From Octopus vulgaris (lineage: Eukaryota): a stretch of 64,000 nt of DNA. A model generated the notes under the pieces. The model saw nothing but the letters and a program-made list of their open reading frames with translations, ran no database searches and was not told the origin of the DNA. Shown piece by piece: positions 24,829 through 37,511 of this stretch. Position numbers and translations under genes: made by a program. The stretch is taken from positions 52,700,001 through 52,764,000 of the forward strand of contig OX597816.1 of assembly GCA_951406725.2 (NCBI GenBank), in the 5' to 3' direction. Numbering within the stretch: position 1 is the first letter of the stretch; every line of letters starts with the position of its first letter.

Positions 24829-25056
24829 TCGCTAGCCTCTGCACGCATTTTTTTTCTCTCCTTCTTTCTGTGTTTCTTCTCTGTGTTTCTTCTTCTGTTG
24901 AAGAGCGTAGGCTCGAAACGTTAAAGACTTGTTTTATTTATATTTCCTGAGCGCCATACTAATACAATTGTTTGTTTGTATTCCACCAGCCTTCGTCTTT
25001 TGTTTATTTCCGTAAACCTGCCTTCGTCTTTTGTCTATTTTCATAAAGCTTCCCGT
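24829..25056 (+). mobile_element. Penelope pseudo-LTR-like repeat with a minimal hammerhead-like motif
   Basis: tctt CTGTTGA a gagc gtag gctc GAAA cg tta aaga at 24891-24927. Homologous copy at 55609-55783 (minus). Confidence 0.7.
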
Positions 25057-25090
<34 letters not shown>

Positions 25091-25099
25091 TACACATAT

Positions 25100-25600
25100 A
25101 CATGTACATGCCTACATATATGTGTATATATAAATATAAATGCAAATATGGGTACAGGATGTCAATAAAACGTGAACAAAATGAGAAATGAAAACATAAA
25201 CACAAAAACATAGAAAACGAAATTTTATTTGAACAATGAAAAAAAACAAACAAAGAAACGAGACATGCAACAAAAAGAATATTCCCCATCATTAGTTGTC
25301 CCTGCTTCATCTACTCCACAGTTCAAAGACCCTGCCTCTGAAATGTAGAGTAGATAAAACAGGGGACAACTGATAAAGGGAATGTTCTTTATGTTGCCTG
25401 TCTCATTTCTCTATTTGTTTCTTTCGTTCTTCGAAAAAAAAGTTTGTTTTCCATTCTTTTATTTTTTATGATCTCATTTCCCCTTTTGTTCACATTTTAT
25501 TGATGTCATGTACCCATACATGCATGTATATATACATATATATGTAGGTATGTAAATGTATGTGCGTATATATACATGTATATATATTATTTATATTATT
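25100..25600. repeat. Imperfect palindrome with arms of about 230 bp, centred near 25333
   Basis: Left ...gttgtccctgcttcatctactc pairs with right gagtagataaaacaggggacaac..., and pairing extends out to tatgggtaca/tgtacccata. Confidence 0.8.
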
Positions 25601-25639
25601 ATATGATTGAATGCCATGCATCCATTTCCAAGTAAGTTT

Positions 25640-25720
<81 letters not shown>

Positions 25721-25722
<2 letters not shown>

Positions 25723-26010
25723 ACTGAGGTTACTGTGGTCTTTTCCATAGGCTTTTCTTTCCACGGATAAACCTTATCTGCTTCCCCCTTTACACTTTAC
25801 ACCATGACACTGTGATACATGATCCCTATTGATCGTTTTTCTTCCCCTTTTTCTCTCTTCTTTTTTCTTCTTCTTTCCCTTTTACGATCCCTTTTGATCG
25901 AAAACCTAACCCGCCCTTTTTTTTTCTTTCTCTCCCCCAAAAAGAAAATCTCTACTTTGTAATCTGTCCTGTCTGTGTGCAGCCCTGTGTGGCTAATAAA
26001 GAAACATATC
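25721..26010 (+). mobile_element. Probable LINE 3' UTR fragment
   Basis: Ends tgtcctgtctgtgtgcagccctgtgtggctaataaagaaac, resembling the SINE B tail. Flanked by (TA)/(TATC) tracts. Confidence 0.5.
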
Positions 26011-26052
26011 TATCTATCTATATATATATATTCACACATGCACATATATACA

Positions 26053-26107
<55 letters not shown>

Positions 26108-27367
26108 CAGTTGTGTTTCCCACCTGCCTACCTTCCAATTTGCTATCCTGCCATCTATGCTTTTATCTATCTGCCTATCCAATACATGTTTCTGTATTGT
26201 GAAGGGTTCAATGAAAAATTGGCTTCAAATTGTTTTTGGCACAAAGCCAGCAATTTTACTGGAGCTAGTTGGTTGCATCTACCCTAGTGCTCAATGATAC
26301 TTGTTCCATTGATCCTGAAAGGATGAAAGGCAAATTGACCTCAGTGGAATTTGAACTCAAAATGTAAAGATGGACAAAATGTCGATAAGCATTTTGCCTG
26401 GCATGCTAATGTTTCTGCTAGCTTGCTATCTTGATGTCACTGAAATATTGGTATCAAATTGTGGCTCAGGGCAGCAATTTCATAGAGAGGGCTAGTCAAA
26501 TATATTGTCCCCTGAACTCAATTGTTACTTATTTTATTGACCCCAAAAGGGATAAAAGGCAAAGTCTACTAAGGTAGCATTTGAAGCCAAAAGAAATGCC
26601 ACTATTCATTTTGTCCAGGATGGTAATTATTCTGCCAGCTTGTTGCTTTGGTATCATTGAGACATTAAGAACAAAAAATTATAAATAAAAGCATAAAAGT
26701 ATTGATCATATAATTGTCAGCCAGTCACACATATCAAATAATTGAAATATATTCCATTCCATTGTTCTTTGTGAATTCTAATCTTGAGACAAACTTTGAA
26801 CAATACATGGCAGAACTATTAATATGCTAGAACTCTCTTGGTTAAATGTTGAAACTATCAACATAAATCGTGTAAAATTTGCTCCTGCCAATATCAGATA
26901 CTACTTCATGCCCCAGCTGATGAACTCTTGACCAAAATGTCCTGGGTCCAAGGTTAAATATTCGCCTTGTATTTAAGCATTAAATTAATGTCTCTTTGGT
27001 ATGCGATATTAATCTACTTGCTATCTGAAAATAGCAACCTTAACCTCCTGATGAATGGTTAGCACTGTCATAAAGGGCAAATAGTGATAAAATTGTAACA
27101 TCGATGTTATCTCTAAACATCAAATTTTACAGAACAAGTAAAAATTGAATGTAAAGAGACTGAAAAAAAAGATACTAAAAACATTTTTTTAAATGAAAAA
27201 TAGGTTTAGAAAATTTTCAAGAGTTAAATAAGCTTCTCTAATTACTCTCTACTCTTTTAAACCTTTGGAGACAGAGCCTCATTTGGAGTTTCAGCACCAA
27301 GACGAAGCCCTTTTCACAAGCCCTACAGAGGGCATGCACTTATTTTTCAAAAAACTTATAAAGAATA

Positions 27368-27780
27368 GGTACAGGAGTGGCCGTGTGGTAAGTAGCTTGC
27401 TTACCAGCCACACAGTTCTGGGTTCAGTCCCACTGCGTGACACCTTGGGAAAGTGTCCTCTACTATAGCCTCGGGCCGACCAAAGCCTTGGGAGTGGATT
27501 TGGTCGACAGAAACTGAAAGAAGCCTGTCGTATATATATATATATATATGTATATATGTGTGTGTGTGTGTTTTTTTGTGTCTGTGTTTGTCCCCCCAAC
27601 ATCACTTGACAACTGATGCTGCTATGTTTACGTCACTGTTACTTAGCGGTTCGGCAAAAGAGACCGATAGAATAAGTACTAGGCTTACAAAGAATAAGAG
27701 ACCTGGGGTCGATTTGCTCGACTAAAAGGCAGTGCTCCAGCATGGCCGCAGTCAAATGACTGAAACAAGTAAAAGAGTAA
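27368..27780 (+). mobile_element. SINE family A, full length
   Basis: Same structure as the copy at 10272. Confidence 0.9.
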
Positions 27781-28049
27781 TGAGAGAATAAAGTAATTAC
27801 TTTACATATATATAATTTGGAAAACTGATTATAGCAGTGACTCCATCTAAGAATATCTGAAGAAGGAATTTTATTCCGAAATATCATAACAGACTATGGG
27901 TGACTAAATTACAACAGGTATATAGTCCATTGTTTGTATTATAGTGCATTGTTGTACCATTCAAAACATTTTATTCTTTACAAACAATACACAATGCTTC
28001 AAGCGAACTACAATACTCTCCTAAAACTATATATATTCTTGTGGGAGCA

Positions 28050-28280
28050 AGGCGGCGAGCTGGCAGACACGTTAGCGCACCGGGCGGAATGCTTAGCGGT
28101 ATTTCGTCTGTCGTTACGTTCTGAGTTCAAATTCTGCCGAGGTCGACTTTACCTTTCATCCTTTTGGGGTCGATAAATAAAAGTACCAGTTTCACACTGG
28201 GGTCGATGTAATCGACTTAATCCCTTTGGCTGTCCTTGTTTGTCCTCTCTATGTTTAGCCCCTTGTGGGCAATAAAGAAA
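28050..28280 (+). mobile_element. SINE family B with a TSD of about 15 bp
   Basis: atatatattcttgtg occurs on both sides. Confidence 0.9.
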
Positions 28281-28699
28281 TATATATTCTTGTGAGAAAT
28301 TGAATGAACTAATACAATCTTCTTTGTCATTTAACTTTTCAGCTGATAGACCAGCCTTGTCATCTCCTAAGGGTTAATCTTTACTCTTTTACTAATTTCA
28401 GACCCTGGACTATGATCATGCTGGAGTAACACCTTGTTGAGGTAGCTGAACAAATCGACTCTGGCACTTATTTAAAATCTGGTGCTTTTTCTACCAACCA
28501 CTTTTGCCAGACCATTAAGTTACAGAGATATAAACGGACCAACACCGGTTTTCAAGTAGTGGTTAGATAGTACAAACACAAGGACGCACTACATACATAT
28601 ATATGTATATATATATATATATATACACATACACACATACACACAAACACAATCTCACACAGACATATTTATGTATATATGTGTGTGTTTGAGTGTGTG

Positions 28700-29362
28700 T
28701 CTGATTCTGACTTCAATTCCCATTGAGCTGAGGTCAAATTTGCCTGTCACCCTTTTGGGGTCGGTGATATAAATATTAGTTGAATACTGGGGTCGAGGTA
28801 AACAACTTGCCTCCATCCCCAAAATTTCAGGCCTTGTGCTTATAATAGAAAGTATTATTGTTGTTGTTGTTGTTATTATCATTATCATTATCATCATTAG
28901 TTAGGTGATGAACTGGCAGAATCATTAGATGACCATTTTGTCCGTTTTCATGTTCTGAGTTCAAATTCCTCTGAGGTCAACTTCGCCGTTCATCCTTTTT
29001 GGGGTCGATAATATAAGTGCCCATTGAGCCCTGGGTTCGAAGTGATCAACTTGCCCTTCCCCCAAAATTGCAGGCCTTGAGCCAAAATTTGAAATCATTA
29101 TATTATTAGTATTATCATTATTATTATTATTGTCATCATCATCATCATCCTTATCATTATTATTATTAGACAACCCTAGTATTTGACTGGCACCTTATTT
29201 TTTGCCCTCAAAAGGATGAAAGGCAAAGGTGACCTCAAGGGAATTTGAACTCAGAATGTAGCAACAGGTGAAATACCACTAAGCACTTGTCTAGTGCGCT
29301 AACAATTCTGCCAGCTAGCTGCCTTGATAATAATAATAATGATAATAATAATAATGATAATC

Positions 29363-29397
<35 letters not shown>

Positions 29398-29662
29398 GAA
29401 AACCCATCCTCCACAGCAGAAGTGTTAAGGCCACATCCTCAGGTGAAGAGGATAAACCGGCAAAAGTCAGTGCCACAAAAAAAGCACTCGTGCTGGTGCC
29501 ACATAAAAGCACCCAGCACACTCTGTAAAGTGGTTGGCATTAGGTAAAAGCATCCAGCCATAAAAACCAAGTCAGATCAGACTGGAATCTGATGCAACAC
29601 TCTGGCTTACCATCCAACCCATGCCTGTGCAGAAAACAGATGTTAAAGGATGATAATGATGA
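28700..29662. mobile_element. Cluster of older B-related SINEs (both strands) and a family C copy, separated by (AAT)/(ATC) repeats
   Basis: Repeated degenerate B cores. Family C 3' part at about 29490-29662. Confidence 0.7.
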
Positions 29663-30527
29663 ATAAATAGGTAAATTTAGAATTTTTGATAATATTATAT
29701 TTTGCAACTAACACATTATAGAGATGTGGTATAATCTACTCAAGAGACATTATTGTCTTTTTGGCAGTTTTGATATAGAAGGTAGCATAAAATATATTCT
29801 GAGATCATTGCATTGCTCTTAAGTATATATTTCATATTATCATAAAGAGGCATATCAAACTCATGTTTAATGTATCTGGCTTGAAATATATCATTAAGTT
29901 CAGCCATTTAAGACATACACACCTTGTTATTAGAAAATACAGTTAGTGGGTTTGTGTAGAAAATTGCACGTTTTAATTAATTCAACAAAGAATTATTATG
30001 TGAAGATATCATTACCATAAATTATTTTCTTCTAGCTGCATCATTAAGTAGCTAATTAATGATTTATAATTTTGGTAAGAGCTTTGAATTATGGAGGAAA
30101 GTGTTGTCAATTAAATCTGCCCATTATTTGGCTGGCACTTATCAATACCCCACTCCTGAGAAAATGGAATATAAAATCCAACATTAGAGAAATTTTAAAT
30201 GAGAAGCTAAAGAATTTATCATCATTTAAAATCCATTTTCAATGCAAGCATGGGTTGGGAGGTTTGACAGGATCCAGCAAACAAAAGGGCTGCATTGGGC
30301 TTCAGTGTCAGATTTGACATGGTTTCTACAGCTTGGTACCCTTCCAAATGTCAACCACTTTATAGTGTGTATTGGGTACTTTTATATGTTACAGGGACTA
30401 TTGAGGTCACTTCATACTTACAAGATGAATAAAGGACAGGAAAAAAGAAGAAAGCACCCCCAGTTCAATTTAATGAGAGGAAAAATATTTAAGAGGACTT
30501 TATGCCAGACACTAAGAGACTAAAGTA

Positions 30528-30844
30528 TTGGGTTGTCTGGAAAGTTTGTGCTGATTTATAGTAGCTTACATTTCGACTTATATTAGAACATGGTTGAGTC
30601 CATAAAATAGGATTTGACTATACCTCCATTTAGTGAACAGTTTAAGCTATCTTTTCATGGAAGAAGGTTTACATTCCTATAATCTGTGTTAATTCTGTAA
30701 CCCTTTAAAATGGAAGATAAGAAAGTTCATTTTTGGCACTTGATGCTTTGGGAACCAGACAAAAATTGCTGCAGCTCAGCTGGGATGTGTTACCCCACCC
30801 TCCATTTTCACCAGATATTGCTCCTTCAGATTTCCACTTATTCA
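30528..30844 (+). pseudogene. Internally deleted mariner transposon (left TIR plus transposase fragments)
   Basis: TA|ttgggttgtc TIR. TRQKLLQLSWDVLPHPPFSPDIAPSDFHLF is the mariner YSPDLAPSDYHLF motif. Runs into the gap. Confidence 0.9.
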
Positions 30845-30944
30845 NNNNNNNNNNNNNNNNNNNNNNNNNNNNNNNNNNNNNNNNNNNNNNNNNNNNNNNN
30901 NNNNNNNNNNNNNNNNNNNNNNNNNNNNNNNNNNNNNNNNNNNN
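30845..30944. other. Assembly gap (100 N)
   Basis: Run of N. Confidence 1.
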
Positions 30945-31350
30945 TGTGTGTGTCTGTGTTTGTCCCTACCACCATCACTTGACAACTAGTGTTGGTGTGT
31001 TTACACCCCTGTAACTTAGCAGTTCAGCAAAATAGAGTGATAGAATAAGTACTAGGCTTACAAAGAATAAGTCCTGGGGTCAATTTCTTTGACTAAAAAA
31101 AATAACATACACACAGACACACTTAGTGTCTCCTGAGTGGCTCACATGCCAGTGGCATGTAAAAACCACCTACTACATTCTCGGAGTGGTTGGCATTAGG
31201 AAAGGCATCCAGCTGTAGAAACCTTGCCAGGTCAGACTGGAGCCTGGTGCAGCCTATTGGCTTGCCAGTCCTCAGTCAAACCGTTCAACCCATGCCAGCA
31301 TGGAAAGTGGATGTTAAATGACAGCAATGATGATGATGATGATGATGATA
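30945..31350 (+). mobile_element. SINE A 3' part followed by SINE C 3' part with a (GAT)n tail
   Basis: Matches other A and C copies in the window. Confidence 0.8.
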
Positions 31351-32158
31351 TATTCACAGTAAGTTTCTTCACACTTACCTTCTGCTGAGATCTACTCTGA
31401 ATGCTTTGACTGATCTAAGGTGATGGTAAATTACATTTCTCCCAAAGTGCCACAAAGTAGGATCAACCCTAGAACCCAGGGTTCTAAAGCAAACTTTGTA
31501 ACCATACTAATATGCAAGTCCATATTCACATAATTAATTTAGTTCGCAATAATTTCAATTTACTTAAATGTCTGTACTTGGAAACGTCTTTAGTAATTTT
31601 CTGTTTCTATTTAATTTAAAAAGTTTAAAAGCAATTACTATCCAATAAGATATATTTGATTTGTCATTATTCTGAAACTTTCTTAAAACATAATGATGCA
31701 GACAAATCTAAAAACATTAGAATTATAAAGACAAAATAAAAATAATAACAAATAAAATTGAGAGAGAAACAAAATTGGCATTTGCACACAGAATATGAAT
31801 TTAAGTTAAAAAGGATAAATATTATTAAATGATCAAAATTTAATTCCTTCGATAAATTTGGCAGGCAACATACTTTTGGATATAATTGTAAGACATTAGT
31901 TGAAAGCTCAATTGACAGATAATTTGCATGACATTCTGAATGAAATTTGTGTAAGCTGTAACAACTTAAAAGGAAATTCATGTTTGAAAATACCTTAATC
32001 TTGTCATTATGTGAGTTTTTGCAAGTACTAAAATTATACTTTACAGCATCCCACCTCCCTATGAAATATATTGGTGCAAAAACGATTTTAAACCATTTAA
32101 AAGATGTGAAGCATATGAAACACAGAACAGCTATTACATGTTGATATCTGGCTTCAGG

Positions 32159-32654
32159 CCATGACTCCTTTACGGCAGCGAGTCATGGTTGATGAGGGTG
32201 GAAGATATTAAGCGACTAGAATCCTTCGATCACCTCTGTCTACGCTGCATCCTTCATGTCCGATGGCATCACTTTGTCTCCAACAATTCGGTGCAAAATC
32301 ACCTCCCTCCGACAAGTCATCCTAACGAGACGTCTCCGTTGGCTGGGTCATGTCCTCTGTCGTCAACCAGGAGAATTCATCCACAAAGCAATTGCCCCAG
32401 CTCCCCTTCAGGGTTGGCGAAAGCGATGTGGTGACAACGAAAAACCTGGCTGAAGACAGTCAAGGCTGATCTGGAACCCAGCCTAGGCCCCCATGTCTAT
32501 GGCATTCGCTGCTGGAATAAGGAGTGGTTGGAGATCACGCAGTCATTAGCCTCAAATCGCTAGGCCTGGTCGGCTTTTGTGAGAGATGCAGCATTGAGGA
32601 TGAATGAAACCAGTTCAACCCACCCTGGGTGAATGCTGTCTCAGGACAAGAAGA
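32159..32654 (+). mobile_element. 5'-truncated RTE-clade LINE with an 11-bp TSD
   Basis: LLYGSESW...RLESFDHLCLRCIL...RRLRWLGHVL...KTVKADL motifs. TSD ctggcttcagg at 32148-32158 and 32655-32665. Confidence 0.9.
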
Positions 32655-32840
32655 CTGGCTTCAGGTCAACTCTGATCCAACAGATTTATAATCAAAGGCA
32701 TTCAGGCTATGACTATCCTGTTTTTTCATAAGCATAGTGTAATCTGTTGTTTTGGGTTTCTTTTTTTAATGATCCAGTATAGTTCAAGAGAAATGTAGTT
32801 GCTTTTACTAATGGTTCAAACAGCTAATGCTCCCACATTT

Positions 32841-33146
32841 GTTTGTTCCTTCTCAAGCCATGCCTGGCTCATAAGGGCTGGTTTCCCGGTTTCCTTGGCA
32901 TATAGGTTCCCCACCTGGACGGGACACCAGTCTGTCACAGGTGAGCTGCTAGATGCAGGGGGAAAGAGTGAGAGAAAGTTGTGGCGAAAGAGTCAGCAGA
33001 AGTTCGCCATTACCTTCTGCCGGAGCTGCATGGAGCTTAAGTGTTTCACTCATAAACAAACACATCGCCCGGTCTGAGATTCGAACACCCCACAATCCCT
33101 CAACCACGAGTCCACTGCTCTAATCACTAGGCCATGTGCCTCCACA
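32841..33146 (-). mobile_element. SINE family D
   Basis: Family D head on the minus strand. Duplicated flank cccacatt. Confidence 0.85.
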
Positions 33147-33559
33147 GTTTTTCCCCACATTGGCTTGGGTTTGTAAATGTGACAGCAAAGGATATAGCCA
33201 ACATGATAGCATTATGATAATTGCTATACATGATCAGTTATATCTTGAGTGATTACTGAAACTGAACTGAATAATGATTGATAATTTAAATCTGTGAAAA
33301 GATTTCAGTTGATATGATTTATCATTTCAACAACAGTGTAAGTATATTTGAATCAAAAATTATCCATTAATTCAACATCCAAGCAAGAAAAGCCAATCAT
33401 TACTTTGATGTAAATTAAGTACAAAAGCTTATGTTGCAATAATTAAAATAGTAAATAACTGACATGTTACAGCGAAACATGTCAATTACGTATAGCATAT
33501 ATAGATTATGTATCGCAATTATCATAATGCTATCATGTTGACTATATCCTTTGCTGTCA

Positions 33560-34076
33560 TGTGGAGGCACAATGGCCCAGTGGTTGGGACAGCAGACTCG
33601 CAGTCGTAAGAATGCGGCTTCAATTCCCAGACTGGGCATTATGAGTATTTATTCAGCAAAAACATCATAGGTTGCGAGCTGGCAGAATCGTTAGCATGCC
33701 AGGGCGAAATGCTTTGCGGTATTTCGTCTGCTGCTACGTTCTGAGTTCAAATTCCACCGAGGTCGACTTTGCCTTTCATCCTTTCAGGGTCGATTAAATA
33801 AGTACCAGTTACGCACTGGGGTCGATATAATCGACTTAATCCGTTTGTCTGTCCTTGTTTGTCCTCTCTGTGTTTAGCCCCTTGTGGGCAGTAAAGAAAT
33901 AGGTATTTCGTCTGTCGTTATGTTCTGTGTTCAAATTCCGTTGAGGTCGACATTGCCTTTCATCCTTTTGGGGTCGATAAATAAAGTAGCAGTTTTGCAC
34001 TGGCGTCGATGTAATCAACTTACCTGTCCTTGTTTGTTCTCTCTATGTTTAGCCCCTTGTGGGCAATCAAGAATTG
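33560..34076 (+). mobile_element. Composite insertion: SINE D head plus a SINE B dimer, with a 17-bp TSD
   Basis: tatatcctttgctgtca at 33543-33559 and 34077-34093. Confidence 0.85.
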
Positions 34077-34690
34077 TATATCCTTTGCTGTCACATTTAC
34101 AAACCCAAGCCGATGTGGGAGCATCTATGTAGCTGTTTGAACAGTTAGTAAAAGCAGCTACACTTCTCTTGAACTATATCAATGTAGTATTTAATCTGGG
34201 TGCAAGTCCTAGAACCCCGCTTTTTTTAATTATCAGTTTGCTATCATGAGTGAGTTACAGCTTCAGCATGCAATCTTATGTGAACATCCCATTTATCAAC
34301 CAATCAGCTTGTAGCAGATCAGACCACCAGTTAGAACGTCATCTCAAGTGTCCTTGGGGTTCACATTCTTTTTCTCAAGGACTCCAGTACTAAAATATAG
34401 AGCTCTGATGGCCTTTGAAGAGAAGACAACTTGGCTTTTGCCAAGCAATTCAAGGACACGCTTGAAAAATATTCAGTGATTTCACATCCTCAAGATAACA
34501 AATGGCTGAGTAACACAGTTAAAGAAACATTATTTTATTTCTTGCTGCAAGCAAGACAGAAGTGTGAATAGATACATCTTACTTCTCTTTAATGACTGGA
34601 GAATTTAGACACATGAAAGTCAATCCCTATAACTTAAATCTCTCTACCAGTGAGTATCTAACAATTATACATGTACAAAATGCTCATCCT

Positions 34691-34732
34691 TTCCTTAGGA
34701 TTGATTGCTAATTCCTTAGGATTGATTGCTAA
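34691..34732. repeat. Perfect 21-bp tandem duplication
   Basis: ttccttaggattgattgctaa repeated twice. Confidence 0.9.
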
Positions 34733-34791
34733 TTACAAAATTACTATTTGTAAATCTCACAACGTGAGATATTCAGCAACAGTACTTTGTG

Positions 34792-35163
34792 GTAAAGATT
34801 GCTTGCCAACATGACATGGTAGTCCTGGTTTAGGACTAATGTTGCTGTAATTTAGCCCCAGGAGACATTGTTTCCAGCTGGCTATATGACACAATCTGTG
34901 TCCCCTTTTTTTCAAACAAGGGAATCTAGCAGCCCCAACTCAGCTAAAACAATACCTCTAACCAAACAATTATTCTGTGCTGATGAAGTGGAATAACCCA
35001 GAAATCGCAGAGCTGAGTGGGGGTGCTAGATTGCCTTGTTAGAAAATATAAGGACACAGATCGTCTCGTATAGCCAGCTGGAAATCATATCTCCTGGGGC
35101 TAAATTACAGCAACATTAGTCCTACACTAGGACTGCCATGTTATGTTGGCAAACAATCTTTAC
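34792..35163. repeat. Palindromic element with arms of about 155 bp and a decayed hammerhead-like core in the loop
   Basis: gtaaagattg.../...caatctttac ends. The loop has CTGATGAagtggaataacccaGAAA. Shares tataaggacacaga and gggctaaa with the 11968 palindrome. Confidence 0.85.
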
Positions 35164-36659
35164 TGATTGTTAATTGTCCACAGGTTTTGTTCTTGCTAAA
35201 ATACATGCAACCTGCTCAATCCATAATAATTCAACACCACAATCAGATTTAACCTGTGAGAAATCTCCTTGGCATCTAATGAAGGCAAATTACACAGGTT
35301 ATTATGTATTTAGTATATATTGCATATATTTTGCCTTTAGTTTATTTGATAAATGTTAATGTACATAATGAGATGCAGATGTCCAAGAGGGTCAATCCAT
35401 GGTTATCTGTCTTTCTGATAGTGTCCATGAGTAAGGTATCTACTGTTATAACACTTCGGCCTATTCATCTGCAGATAAATATTATCCAACTGCTGGTGCA
35501 GCTCTCCATCCTCCAGTTGTCAAATTCCTGCTGGTTCAAGGGTGTTGGTACTAAGAGGGCATTTAAGTTAACTTGCCTTACATAGACAAAACAATTATCC
35601 AAAGCTTGGGGCATGTTATTCTGACTTGCATATGTGATGACTATGGTATACACACACACACACACACAAGCTCATACACACACACACACATTGGTCAAAC
35701 CAAAATTGTGGTAGAAGATAATTTGCCTACAATATTACCCAGTTGGATTGAACCAGCAACCACCTATTTCGTAAAGCAAACTTCTTAACTACAGACTCAT
35801 GTCTTAATGTAGGTATCCTTTGCTATAATTGAGTGTCACTTCCAGTTCCTGATTTTGATTGTTATCTTTATATAGAACAGCTTCTTTGTAATATATCTCA
35901 TCAAAGTTCAAATGTACATTTAAATTTATTGAAATGTCATTAAGGAAAACTAGGTTTGAAAACACTATATATACATATGTATGTGTGTGCAACTACATGA
36001 ATAGAATATAAAACTAATATTTGTATAGCATGACAACTGTACTGTAATTCTATATTCATGGGGGTTTGATGATTAATTACTTTAAGACAGCTTTAGTCTT
36101 ACAATTTTCTAAATATGAACTGAAAAAGAACATAAAATGCTTTGTTTTTGACGCTAAACAGATTATATTCCCAAACCATGCCAATAATATAATTTTCTGT
36201 CTGAAGAAAGTCAAGAAACTGTAATCTAAAATAGGTTTTAAACTGATTAAAAAAATAAGCTGATGGAATATATTTTCATTTCAAATCATCTGTGATACAT
36301 CTGTTCCATTCCAAACATGCTCCAATTCCAACTACTAGATTTGGCTTAATTTGAAGTTATAACAAAAACCATCAGTACATAATAATTGACTTTCCATGCA
36401 TTTATAGAACAAGCAATTTTATTTCTAGATCATTTTTCCCATTCCCACACCAGCATTATGTTATTCCTATTATTCTATGTGTATTTTTCTGTCTAGTTTT
36501 AAATAAGTATGTGAATCATGCGATCAGTCTCAGACATTTCTGGAATATTCCTACACCTTTTAGTAAATTAAAGTTAATTGTATTTACATACACACACACA
36601 CTCACACACACACACACACACATACACACATTTATAAATATATATATATATATATATAA

Positions 36660-37430
36660 ACGAGGTGGAGACAATGATAAATGTGTAGTGATATACATAT
36701 GGAAGACCCTAGAAGGTCTAACTCCCAACTTTGAAACTGAAAGTTATACCAAGCATCAAACTGGACAGCACAACATAGTACCAAAGATCTTATCTTCTTT
36801 GTCTAGAATAAGGAGGAGACCCTCTTCAGTCATGAATGACGATGGGATTGCACCTAGAAAGTTACCCTCCCAGTCACAAGTTCGGGCAAGGTTGTTTATG
36901 GAAGGCCAGCAGTCGCCCATGTATACCAGCCTCCCCTCTCCACACCACTGATGTTATGCAAGGGAAAGGCAAAGGCTGATACAGCTTGGCACCAGTAACA
37001 TTGCAACTCATTTCTACAGCTGAGTGAACTGGAGCAACGTGAAATAAAGTGTCTTGTTCAAGAACAAAACACACAGCCCGGTCTAGGAACAAACTCACAA
37101 CCTCACGATCATAAGTTTGACGTTCTAACCACTGAGCCATGCGCCTTCAATAAGTATGCTCTAACCACTCTAACCACTGAGCCATGCACTAGAATAAGGA
37201 CTGTCTAGAATAAGGACCATCTAGAATAAGTACTGTAACAACTTAGGTTTCAAGGGACCACAAGTACTCAACATTCTGTAAAACAATCTCAGAGATTTGC
37301 ATAGTGTTGATGTGGATGTCTTCAATGAAAGTTTTCACAAACTTTCATCTGAGATGCTGGATGCACCCACTTTACAGCAGAAGGCACAGAAGACAGCAGC
37401 TTTATCCAACTTGCTACTTCATCAGAAACA
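36660..37430 (+). mobile_element. Decayed CR1/L2-group LINE 3' region interrupted by a SINE (36815-37149, minus)
   Basis: IYIWKTLEGLTPNF...VPKI before the SINE and YCNNLGFKGPQVLNIL...LRDLHSVDVDVF after it. Flank tctagaataag is repeated. Confidence 0.7.
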
Positions 37431-37476
37431 ATACAGGAAATAAAACCGCTAACAGTGAAAAGTGCTGTACTATAGA

Positions 37477-37511
<35 letters not shown>

